This document shows, piece after piece, positions 1 through 10,298 of a DNA stretch of 64,000 nt. Every line of letters begins with the position of its first letter. Position 1 is the first letter of the stretch. The notes below the pieces were generated by a model. That model was given only the letters and a program-made list of their open reading frames with translations. It made no database searches and was not told the origin of the DNA. The position numbers and the translations under genes are program-made. This DNA comes from Epithemia pelagica (lineage: Eukaryota; Protista; Bacillariophyta), in the NCBI GenBank assembly GCA_946965045.2, contig OX337228.1:620001-684000 (forward strand), in the 5' to 3' direction.

Positions 1-1207
1 ATAGCGGGCCGTGGGTGATCTGCCTTCTCTCGTATGCTCTTATCAACCAAACTAACCATTTCCGATTTTGTATTCCAGATTTTGTTCTTTCGACCAAAGG
101 GATCTTGTGCTTTTGTCTTGCTATCATCCCCTTAAATCTTCCTTCGAGGGCAATTAAGACGTGAGAACGGGTGGGATGGATGTGCCCTCGATTGGAGAGC
201 TCACGCGTCTCGAACAGCCGCGCATGTCCCAATTCCTCCCCACGCAAGGCACTAGAGAACCCAATCATCAATGCCGCACCGACGTTGGCTATCTCAAATA
301 CTTGTTTTTCATCTTGAGACTGTTCGGCCTCTTGATAGCGGCGTTCCAACACTTCTCCAAGTGCCATCAGCACATCGACAGACATTGCCGCATCCTGTAT
401 TTTGACATCACCCATTCTTTCATGGGATCCGTCCATGAAACGTTTAAACCAGAGAGTGTTGGAGACGCTGTCTGTTACCCTGGCTGATTTTCTGCCATCG
501 CTTAACACCGCTTCATTCGATCCTGATGGAGTCGAATGCACAAAGTTGGAGAAGGCTGAACGTATGCCTCTCATCGTATCCCACTGGATAGTCCTGGAGT
601 TTTTCCCTTTATCTAGCGAACGTTGAAGAGAAACCATAGCTGGAATCATTCCGAGAGTGTCTTCGAGTGGATACGGTCCTCTTCGATGTTTTGGAGCTGG
701 TGATGAAATCCGGAGACCAGCCAGTATTGTCATTGCCTTAGCCATCTCTCTCATGTTCCCTTGTACCGTGCTTGATCTTCGGGCCCAAAAGGCATCCAAG
801 TTAGCTCTTATCATACACTTCAACGCCCAAGCAACATGCTCATCCTTCACATCTGGATCTCTTTTGTAAATATTTCTAAAATGGCATAGCTCACACTGGA
901 ATGGCGTCATTAGATGATCTCCGGCTCTTGCAGTAGTGAACCATGCTTTGAGATCTCGCTTTTCTGTTTCCGTAGTCTCCCATCCCGGCTCCTCGAGTAC
1001 GTGATTGCCAAACTCGTCCTCCTCCAGTTGTAGAGGCTGGAGGTCTCTAGGAAAGGGGTCTATTGTTCCTGGCACCACATAGCAATGAGGATGATACGCC
1101 CCCCGGCATGGCTTCCAATGCCCGCGAGCGTATCCAAAATTGGCGCAGATAATCCCGTGCGTGTGCGATAGACTTCCGGTGCATCTGACGCAGCACATCT
1201 CTCTCAT
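1..1207 (-). CDS. Tyrosine recombinase of the YR retrotransposon (open to the window edge, so absent from the ORF track)
   Basis: Manual translation from ATG 1207: ...GIICANFGYARGHWKPCRGAYHPHCY...ARAGDHLMTPFQCELCHFRNIYKRDP...NTLWFKRFMDGSHERMGD...GFSSALRGEELGH...IALEGRFKG... It contains the catalytic Arg (LRGEE) and Lys (GRFKG) motifs and overlaps the end of pol in another frame. Confidence 0.88.
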   Translation of the reverse strand, partial: MREMCCVRCTGSLSHTHGIICANFGYARGHWKPCRGAYHPHCYVVPGTIDPFPRDLQPLQLEEDEFGNHVLEEPGWETTETEKRDLKAWFTTARAGDHLMTPFQCELCHFRNIYKRDPDVKDEHVAWALKCMIRANLDAFWARRSSTVQGNMREMAKAMTILAGLRISSPAPKHRRGPYPLEDTLGMIPAMVSLQRSLDKGKNSRTIQWDTMRGIRSAFSNFVHSTPSGSNEAVLSDGRKSARVTDSVSNTLWFKRFMDGSHERMGDVKIQDAAMSVDVLMALGEVLERRYQEAEQSQDEKQVFEIANVGAALMIGFSSALRGEELGHARLFETRELSNRGHIHPTRSHVLIALEGRFKGMIARQKHKIPLVERTKSGIQNRKWLVWLIRAYERRQITHGPL

Positions 1208-1654
1208 ACTTGAGAATGTCCCAGAATTTAACTCGCCAAGGATTTCTGTTCAGCAAAGGAAAAGCGAACGCTATGGTTAGAGGTTCATGTTCCGTATCTT
1301 TCGGCCAAAACTCTTCACTGAACGGGAGAACGCAAAACATATCCACTGCTTTGCTTAACATTCTTCTCCATCGACCACTCAACAACGATGGAGTGAGAAT
1401 CACATGTGTGTTCCAAGGGCGAACATGCCACGCCTCTGCCATCAAGAAGACAGCAACATCGGCCAAGCAGGGCGGTGGGACCCACACAAAGATTCCGTCT
1501 TGCTCTTGTGGTACGGTGAACCAATCCGTGGTGTTCAAGATCTTTATTTCGTCCTTATCATTAACAACTTGTCGGAGGAGCATTGTCAGGACTCGGGGTT
1601 GCCTTTCTACGGCAGACTTGTGGAGCGGAACGAAGCCCAGCATGTCAGCCCCTC
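1047..1654 (-). pseudogene. C-terminal part of YR-element pol (post-RNase H region), separated from the rest by the Plavaka insertion
   Basis: GADMLGFVPLHKSAVERQP...WVPPPCLADVA...HVRPWNTHVILTPSLLSGRWRRMLSK...EPLTIAFAFP. It joins in frame to ...DGLSRSDLTNGVMR at 17216 once one TC copy is removed. Confidence 0.85.
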
Positions 1655-2379
1655 CATCTAAGGAGGGAAATGGGCCCTGGCGCTTGATTTCCACCCCCAA
1701 AAGCGAATTTCTAGAAAAAATTCGCCGAATTAAAATTATTTATGCGCAGTTTATTTTTATATGCGCAGTTTTTAACTATAATCCTGCTTTCCCAACTAAA
1801 TCTGCAAATCTAGGTCTAACAATGCACATTTCTCTAGCTAGTTCTAGAGATCGAGCTAACTATCACGCGCATGCAACAATTTTAATGCGCACAAGCCCGC
1901 GATCAAACCACGAATAACGCGCGCCACACTCCGATAATGCGCACTGCGACTATCTGGCGCGCTCGACCCCCCCGAGACGCGCATGACGCAACCCTCATGC
2001 GCAAGCGTCTGTCCCCTCACCTTTGAATCACGAATTTCCACTCCCACCACATCACACAGCAGCTGCCAGAAAGACTGACGCACATGGATGTCCCAAAGAA
2101 TGTCTCAGACGGATCCTCCTTCCCAATCACCCAAACCGCGGGGATTACCAACTCGACACTCTGATCCATCGAAGAAGACCGAACAACCTAGCATACTAGT
2201 CATTCAACAATCAACGACCACCAGAATCGCTGCTCATTCATCTCCCTCCACCTCCACCCAACACACCACAACAAACAACAACAGCAGCAGCAGCAACAAC
2301 AGCAATCGATCACCCAACGCTATCGAGATTCCCCTGTTCAATCCCATTATCTATCCAGCTTCTTTCATCAACCTAACAG

Positions 2380-3470
2380 CTCTGCCATTCCAATCACGCT
2401 ACAATTAAAGCGGCTTGGGGCATCTGTCTGATTGTTGCTTGGTTCCTTTTCAGCCACCTTTTTGTTGCTTGCTTTCTCTCTGCCAAGATTCCCTTTTCAA
2501 TCCTTTCACCTATCCAACTTCTTTCACCAACCTAACAGCTCTGCCAGTCCAATCACGCTACAATTAAAGCGGCTTGGGGCATCTGTCTGATTGTTGCTTG
2601 GTTCCTTTTCAGCCACCTTTTTGTTGCTTGCTTCCTCTTCAGCCACCTTCACTCCAAAACCGCTGCACCAGAAGAAGAGGAAGAGGAACTCAAGCACGGC
2701 CAGAGCATTCAAGACATTGACACTTGCACTATCTTGCAGCTCTGTCATTCCAATCACGCTACAACTAAAGCGGCTTGGGGCATCTGTCTGATTGTTGCTT
2801 GCTTCCTTTCAACCACAACCTTCACTCCAAAACCGCTACAACAGGAAAACAAGAAGAAGAGGAACCCAAGAAGAAGAACGACCACCAGAGCATTCGAAAT
2901 ATTGTCGACATTTGTCCTATCTTTGACACTTGCACTATCTTGCAGCTCTGCCATTCCAATCACCACGCTACAATTAAAGCGGCTTGGGGCATCTGTCTGA
3001 TTGTTGCTTGTTTCACTCAGCTCTGTCCTTCATTCCAATCACGCTATTACAATTAAAGCGGTTTCGGGCTATCTGCTAGATTGTTGTTTCTCTTGCAAGG
3101 AAGACTTCTTATCAAGAACCCTCCTGTCCTCGTGATACTCCGACTTGAATAGAACAGACCCAAAGCAAGCAGTGTGACACGGTGGTAGCCAGTTGCTTCT
3201 GTTCTATTCTTGTCGCGAGATTGCTTGGACAACCAACCAACCCCTGGTTTTGGAGTAGCAAATTCTGGCACCAATTGTTGGATCACAACGAACAAGACGC
3301 TACACATAAAGCGCATCGTAGTGTATTCCTTCAATTTGGTTGTTGTTTTGTTACCACCAGAGTTCAGGACCAAACCAAAGACGCTACACAATTCAGCGCA
3401 CACTTTTTACTGTTTAGACAAGTACACAAGGTTGTTTCAAAGACGCTACAATTAAAGCGCTTCCTCGACT
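2380..3470. repeat. Subterminal direct-repeat block of the Plavaka element
   Basis: Core CCAATCACGCTACAATTAAAGCGGCTTGGGGCATCTGTCTGATTGTTGCTTG at ~2390, ~2549, ~2750 and ~2956, with decayed copies at ~3035 and ~3440; spacing about 160-205 bp. Confidence 0.85.
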
Positions 3471-3538
3471 ACCCTTGTTGTTGTTGTTGTTGTTGAAACA
3501 AAGACGCTACACAAAAAGCGCATCGTGACAAGTACAAA

Positions 3539-4420
3539 ATGGCGGGCAATCGCATCAAGAAGGGCCCTCGCTACAAAAAGCCACCGACCGCCAAGAATCC
3601 TGGTGACCCTTCTTCAATGAATGATGAAGTGCGAAACAAAAGAAAGGACGAGTCGACTATGACTGTTTCTGGTACCAATCATACACTTCTAACACACATA
3701 AACGAGGAATCTCACTACACCGGTATTATGCCCATTACATACGAAAGTGTCCTCAATTGGTATGAAAGTGTTTTCCAAGACAAATCAGGAAAATGGACAA
3801 CAGTGGAGGTACCACATGACGGCCATTATGTGAAGATATTCCTACCAATCTGTTATTCGCCTGCATTCCAAGATATCATCTGTCACTCCGTTTTCCGTTT
3901 CACAAGAATTAAGAACGAGATGGATGATGATGACAAGTTGACTCCAATGGTTGCTCAACTGTTGTTCAAAAAGACTCTCTACAGTCCTCTTTCCAATATT
4001 TGGAATCAGGTATTTGGGACGACAGTGATAGACAGTGCTGAGAATCTGAGACAAACCATTATCAGATTTCTTTCCTCTCATGGCCTAGTCTCTAAGAAGA
4101 CACGCAAGGGGATCGGTGGGATTGGAGAAGCATTGAAACGATACCTTCTAGATGATTCCTCCCTTTACAGGAAACTGCGTCTCGTACCTGTTGGTAAAAT
4201 CGCATGGGTTATCGAACATATGGTGGCCATACACCGTTTCATCTCAGAATCGACATCGGACGAGAACATGGGCGTGATTTCCAATATTCAAATGGAGAAA
4301 GCACTGTTGTATACGATGCCTGACACATGGTTCAAGATGTACCTTGAAGAAAGAGATTCTTTGGTACAATATGGAAGAAACGGAGACGATGGCGGTATGT
4401 TCTACGATCTACTGCATTAA
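3539..4420 (+). CDS. Plavaka cargo protein of unknown function (293 aa, basic N-terminus)
   Basis: Intact ATG-initiated ORF with normal composition; no motif recognised. Confidence 0.55.
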   Translation: MAGNRIKKGPRYKKPPTAKNPGDPSSMNDEVRNKRKDESTMTVSGTNHTLLTHINEESHYTGIMPITYESVLNWYESVFQDKSGKWTTVEVPHDGHYVKIFLPICYSPAFQDIICHSVFRFTRIKNEMDDDDKLTPMVAQLLFKKTLYSPLSNIWNQVFGTTVIDSAENLRQTIIRFLSSHGLVSKKTRKGIGGIGEALKRYLLDDSSLYRKLRLVPVGKIAWVIEHMVAIHRFISESTSDENMGVISNIQMEKALLYTMPDTWFKMYLEERDSLVQYGRNGDDGGMFYDLLH

Positions 4421-4790
4421 ATAGAAAAACAAGAGTTACTGTCTGCCAGGAAATCGAAAGAAATTGCCGTGCAACGTCGGAGTACAGACTCGCCGGTAAA
4501 AAAGAGACAGAAGGTCGTCACTGGTAATGATCCTACTGACGAGAGAAAGGAACAAGTACTACCAACTTCCATTACAACGTCGAACCAAGTTGCCCTCAAA
4601 TCAGACCGTGTGGAAGAGGTCAGGAAGATTATAAGCGACAACGATGAAAAAACCGCAGACAACGAGGTAAGATGTTCGAGCGACTTGCCAAGAATTGAGA
4701 AGGATTAGACAATCTCAAAAATGATTGATCTCTTTGTCTTAGAGACGTTGTGCTTCCATAAACAAGGGAAATGAGGAGACAGGTGATGGT

Positions 4791-7700
4791 GTGGTACCAC
4801 CGCCTTTTATTGAAATTCCACACGTACTTGATCCTATAGTAAACCAGAAGAGAAGAAAAGACTCATGGGACTCGAATGAATCCATCGACAACATTGGTGA
4901 CGGTTACTTAGGCAAGTTTGCGGAAAAACAAGCTGACAGAAACAACGAGAACATCAAGTCGGCCATGAAGCTAGCAACCCAGTATGCTAAGAGTATGGGG
5001 AAGGACAACACGCATGTTGAAATCAAGACATTATTTAGGTGCACACTATGCATGTCTTACAGTGGGTTGATGAATGACCAGGACCCTACAACGCGTGTTT
5101 TGCATATCCCACATAGACATCGTCGGAGAGATCTTTGCTACAACACTTCAAGGACGGGCATGCCGATTGAGTCTTTCTATACTTGTTTGAAGTTGATGGT
5201 CCATCACAACCATCAGAACCTAGTATATGTTGACAAAGTAACATTTGATGAAGCGAACAGGAACCCATTTCCTAAGAAAATTCCTATGTCATCATGGAGA
5301 CAACAGGAACCGAACACACTGATATTGGCGATCGTTGCCTTGACAACAGCAACTGATGTCAGCGACCCAGCTTTATTGGCTTTCGAAATCGACAAAAAGA
5401 TACTTCATATCTACGAACCAATAAATAATCGATCAGATCAATACTGGGAAGGAACGACGCGTCATGTACTACGGAAATGGGATCTGGTCAATACGTCAAA
5501 AGGTGCCCCGCCTGTCAGTCTATGTTATGACCCATCATTAGTGGAAGACGATGAAACGACACATGATACAAACAACGAATGTAACAAGTGGCGATATCGC
5601 ATTGTGAAAATGCCAGAACCTAAGAAGGATACTCCAAAGCCAATGCCACAAGCTATTGTGATCAGAATGCTTGGTAACATAATGAGTAGTCGACCAAACC
5701 CGGGTCGGAAAGAAGGTCAGATAGACAAGAGTATGACGATATCCAATTGTTTTTTGAGTAATCAAATACGGTACAATAATGAATTTTCGAGAGGACTAGA
5801 GAATGCTGTTGGTGGCAATTCAATCTCTCCTTTGGTGTTGGGACCTGACAATTTCGATGGTAACAGCGACGACGATCCCGTTGAAGTGGGGTTTTCACGT
5901 GATACCGATAAATACGAATACAAGGAGAACGTCGATCTATCTGATGGTGGGTGTTCAGAGACGTGGACTACGGATGGTGACATATTGTTTATACCGGGCC
6001 CGAAGGTGGGATTAGAACCCAAGGAGGTGTTACTTGACTCCAAACTTTCCAAGAGAGATATAAATCGATTGCTACCGACCGTTGTATATTGTCCAGATTC
6101 TTGCGTATGCTGTAACAGGGCATTGAAAACAGATACAGACAGCGAAGTCTGTACCCTCATCCCATGTGGACATCTGGTTCACGGAAATTGCTTACGAATA
6201 CGGTTCAAGTATCATAATGTATGGTGTCCCCAGTGTGGACAAAAGATCAAGAGTAACATACACATGTTTGGTGCGGAGAAGATAGAGGGACACAAGAAAA
6301 CAGCGGAAGACACTACAACTACGAGCGAGGGATTCCCTGAAGAGGGACAAAGGAAAACAGTCGAAGACACTACAACTACGATTGAGGGACGCCCTGAAGA
6401 ATCATCAAAAAAATCACCTGTGAGTAACAAGCCGTCAACACTAGAACAAAGAGGAGTTGAGACAAAATACAAGCCCGAGGTTTGTTCGATTTGTATGCGA
6501 ACTGTTTCTTTGTAGACATACATTTTGTCGGGAATGTGTTGGAGATTGGATGCAGCGGGGCCACAACACATGTATGGTGTGCAGCCAGGATATTCAAAGT
6601 CTATTGTACTTCTGTCCTATGACACGTTCTGTTCAAAGAACATATACTCATCCTTCTGAACACAAAGCAATCTATCAGTCACCAGAGGGTGAGAAGCCTA
6701 AATACCAGCAATGGGGAGGAAATAACTCATCACGTTCCGTTGCAATGCCTGCGAATTGGGGTAACCGGAGTGAGCTGCCTGAAGAAAGACATAGAACAGA
6801 GCAAACCCAACATGATAACGAAAGAACCAAGGACAAGAGAGAGAATCCACATGGGCTATGGGGAGGACGGAATCAGAACAACGTCCCGTCGACAGCTCGA
6901 AGCCCCAGAACAACTGAGTGGGGTTCGCAACCTGAACATGACAGGCCAGTGTATTGTCAGCATGGACAGAATCGATTCAATGATGATCATCCAGGATCGA
7001 GAGGATCTAATACATCGGATTATCATGGGTCTCGTCATTCACATTTCGATCAAGATAACCAACAAACTAGAAGAGGAGTCATTGAACGACAAGACCAACA
7101 TGGATATCATGATAACCACCAAGATGAGTCTAGAGGGAGAAGAGATCAAATCATGGAAAACACTTACCGGGATAGAAAAAGAAGACATGATAATCAAAAT
7201 CAATTGTCTAATCGACATCCGATGGATTGGAGGAGATTCCCTGGATACAACGAACATTCCAGAGAACATACAAGGCACCATTCGGTATATAGAGATAGCC
7301 ACAATCAATGGTCTAATCGACATCCGATGGATTGGGAGAGATTCCCTGGATACAACGAACATTCCAGGCACCATTTGTCACTTAGAGATAGTCATCCTGG
7401 ACACAACGATCATTCTAGGCCTACCCGTCAGAGAGAGCCTAACCGTCCCTCAACTGATAGAGGTAATAGTCAACCAAATCAGTCACCTCGTAGAGAGAGA
7501 GAAAAGGACATTCATCACACTACAGAGAGTCGTGGAGGGCAGGATGGCCTATCCAAACTTGGCTGGAATTCCACGGACAATCAGGAGAGGGATGATCGGA
7601 ACAGACAGAGCGGTCAGAAAGCAACCTCCAGTCACCAAGATGAATGTGGACAAGGAGAAGAGATACAAAGCAGAGATGGCAACGGTTCTACAGACAAACA

Positions 7701-8040
7701 AAAGGGCAAGGACTGTGGCAAGCAAGAGATTGTTGCTTACGAACAACACGAAAATTCAGGAGATAACGGGTCTAAGAATGCCAACAACACACCTGACAGT
7801 GATAATCCGTCTAGCTGTCACAATGACAGTGTCAACCAAGATGATGCAACACAAACCAAAGAAGGAAAGGATAGTACCGACAAACAAAAAGGTAGCAGCA
7901 AGAACAACGATGACCAAATGACAAAAAACGACCATAACAAGGGAAGTAGCATTAACACGACAGCACAAACGGATCAGCGCATACAAGACGAACAAGGTAT
8001 GAAGGAGATTCACGAGTCTCGAGTCTCCAATACACGGTAA
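4791..8040 (+). pseudogene. Cargo gene: Ulp1/C48-like (apparently non-catalytic) domain, RING-H2, RING-HC and a long charged low-complexity tail; frameshift at ~6505
   Basis: RING-H2: CVCC...IPCGHLVHGNC...WCPQC. The second RING is split across frames: EVCSICMRTVS (ORF 4791-6515), then CRHTFCREC...TCMVC (ORF 6457-8040). The N-terminal part resembles C48 peptidase core strands without the catalytic His/Cys. Confidence 0.65.
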
Positions 8041-8161
8041 TCATGATGATACTGACAAACAGAATACTTCACCGGAAAGGAAAAGAAAAGGATGTAAGAC
8101 CATTGGTTCATCCAGGGGACTACCCACGAACAAGCAACGACGACAAGAGGGCCTATCGAAG

Positions 8162-9925
8162 TTGACACTAACACATGAAACGATGAAGAAGTATAAGAGA
8201 CGACAGGCTGAGAAACCTAGCCATTTGACGACAAAATTCTCCGAACCAAATGAATCCGATCATACAGAAATGTGTCTTTTTGGAATTCCTGACATGGACA
8301 AGGTAGCAAAAAGACTACGCGACTTACTATCACTCTGTCTCAGTAGCAATGATGATTGGAGAATGTTTGGTATCTGCTATACAAAGGTTCTGAAAGACTA
8401 CGACATCACACCAACAGACCTCCAGACAATCATGGGAAAATTACCTAACATGTACGAACAAATGAAAGACATGGTTGGTGAGGTGACGGAAGATCCAGCA
8501 AGCCATTGTTGTTTCGAAGACAACAAGCTTCATGTGACAGAATGTGACCCGAAGTTCTTAACGACCCGGTCTCCATGTGCCTTCTTGGTAGAATGTGTAC
8601 TGAATCGCTGTCAACGACATAAGGGACATCGGAAATACCCCAAAACCGTGTGGTCTGCGTTTGACGATCAAATCTTCCATTGTCGCACATCCAAGAAAAA
8701 CTGTGATGATTGTATGGACCATATTTTCCATGACGTGATCGTTATCATCCCTTTGGCCGGTATTTTTTATACTTCGGCAATGATAATGAATACTGGGTAT
8801 GCAACATCAGAATGCACTTCATCTTTGGTAGCACTACCTATATCCTGGCTGCGCTTACGACATTCCGACGGCCAACCAAGTGGTGGGGCATTCCTCAAAA
8901 AGGTTGTCAAGTGTTGGTGTATTGATTGGACACAAAGTGCAAAGAGAGTTGTCCATGAATGCTACCAAGCGTCTGATGTCAAAAGTGGTTCTCCGCTTTG
9001 GGCCCCTGATCATTATACAAGTGAAAAGTCCAGACCAGAAATGACACCAAATGACCAACATTCTCTTAGAGTATGGTATCGTGAAACACTGCTGAATAAA
9101 GCCAGTGCTAACAAGACTGGATTCCGAAAGTACGTCCGTAGAGCATTGTATAGAAACCTGTCCCCTCCGCCTGATACTTCGGTCCGTCCGCTCCTGTTTG
9201 ATGTAAGGGAATCCGGAGAAGATACAACATTCATTGTTCGGACACGTGGGTACGCGGGTAAAAACAAAACCATCAGCCATGTCAAAGTGACAACACTTCA
9301 ACAAAACGACAAAAACCTACTTTCATTGTTACACAAGAGGTCATGTCACTTCGCACAGAGCGGTACACTAGAGAGATCAGCCAATGCAAGGTGTAACCAT
9401 GGTGATATGGGGACCATGACATCTGTTGGTGTGTGCACAAAAACGGGTGGCAGAAGTACATTCTTTTCTGACAAACTTTTCAAAATATCTCCGAACATGA
9501 TGAATATATTGCCAAAAATCTGTGGAGGTGTCCGGCGATTCTGTGAGAGGAAATTCCCTGGTGTGTTATCGGCTTTCAGACACCTGGAAACAAACTTCGG
9601 TTTGGATGTCCCAAACGAATTGGGAGGAAACGAAAGGGGTGTGTCATCATCCTTCATTTTGAGTTGCGATTTGATGAATGCAAGCCACTATGATATTCAT
9701 GACGCATCAGTGTCCTTTACAATCTGGACAGAAACCAACCCGGGCAGCACCAACAATTGGTATTTCGTCCTTCCCAATGTCCTTATAAAGCATAAGGACA
9801 AGACTTATCATGGGCTTTGTATCCGGTTATTCCATGGCATTGCGATCGCATGGGACGGGAGAATCATCAGACATGGAAAATCTGTCCATACACGCAAGTT
9901 TTCGGGGTTGGAGAGTGCGTTTTGA
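8162..9925 (+). CDS. TET/JBP-like 2-oxoglutarate/Fe(II) dioxygenase (587 aa) with Cys-rich N-terminal region
   Basis: C-terminal motifs HGDMGTMTSVG (~9400), NASHYDIHD (HxD at 9686), YFVLPN...LCIRLFHGIAIAWDGRIIRH (distal His at 9872), in the order expected for TET/JBP-family enzymes. Confidence 0.72.
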   Translation: MTLTHETMKKYKRRQAEKPSHLTTKFSEPNESDHTEMCLFGIPDMDKVAKRLRDLLSLCLSSNDDWRMFGICYTKVLKDYDITPTDLQTIMGKLPNMYEQMKDMVGEVTEDPASHCCFEDNKLHVTECDPKFLTTRSPCAFLVECVLNRCQRHKGHRKYPKTVWSAFDDQIFHCRTSKKNCDDCMDHIFHDVIVIIPLAGIFYTSAMIMNTGYATSECTSSLVALPISWLRLRHSDGQPSGGAFLKKVVKCWCIDWTQSAKRVVHECYQASDVKSGSPLWAPDHYTSEKSRPEMTPNDQHSLRVWYRETLLNKASANKTGFRKYVRRALYRNLSPPPDTSVRPLLFDVRESGEDTTFIVRTRGYAGKNKTISHVKVTTLQQNDKNLLSLLHKRSCHFAQSGTLERSANARCNHGDMGTMTSVGVCTKTGGRSTFFSDKLFKISPNMMNILPKICGGVRRFCERKFPGVLSAFRHLETNFGLDVPNELGGNERGVSSSFILSCDLMNASHYDIHDASVSFTIWTETNPGSTNNWYFVLPNVLIKHKDKTYHGLCIRLFHGIAIAWDGRIIRHGKSVHTRKFSGLESAF

Positions 9926-10298
9926 CCATGGGGGTCCCTATTTCCTCTAGCTCATACGGGTTGATCATCATTTCTTCATTAGATGGAGGTATCTTTGTGA
10001 CTGGAAAGTTTGGTTTGACCACCAAGGGTGGAACTGTTTTCTTCCTCAATTTGTATGGGTTGATCATTGTTTGAAGAGGAGTAGAATAGCCTAACTGAAG
10101 ACTGAGGATGACTTTTGGAAAACGATGGAAAGTATCTACTATTTCATCCAATTTGTGTGTGACACTCTGAGTTGAATTGGTCGGCTCGCGTACGGTTGGG
10201 GGGAGCTTAGGAGGGGAGTGCTGGTATGTGACAACCCCCCATAGAGGCAAATTATGATCATGAGGTCGAATTGCTGACGGATTGTTTCAATCTTTCTT

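Noticed and set aside
161-1917. Plus-strand ORFs 161-487, 402-626, 657-869 and 1210-1917
   Set aside because: Antisense shadows of the YR and pol frames.
6689-7921. 410-aa Ile/Thr/Met-rich ORF
   Set aside because: Off-frame reading of the charged low-complexity tail of the RING gene.
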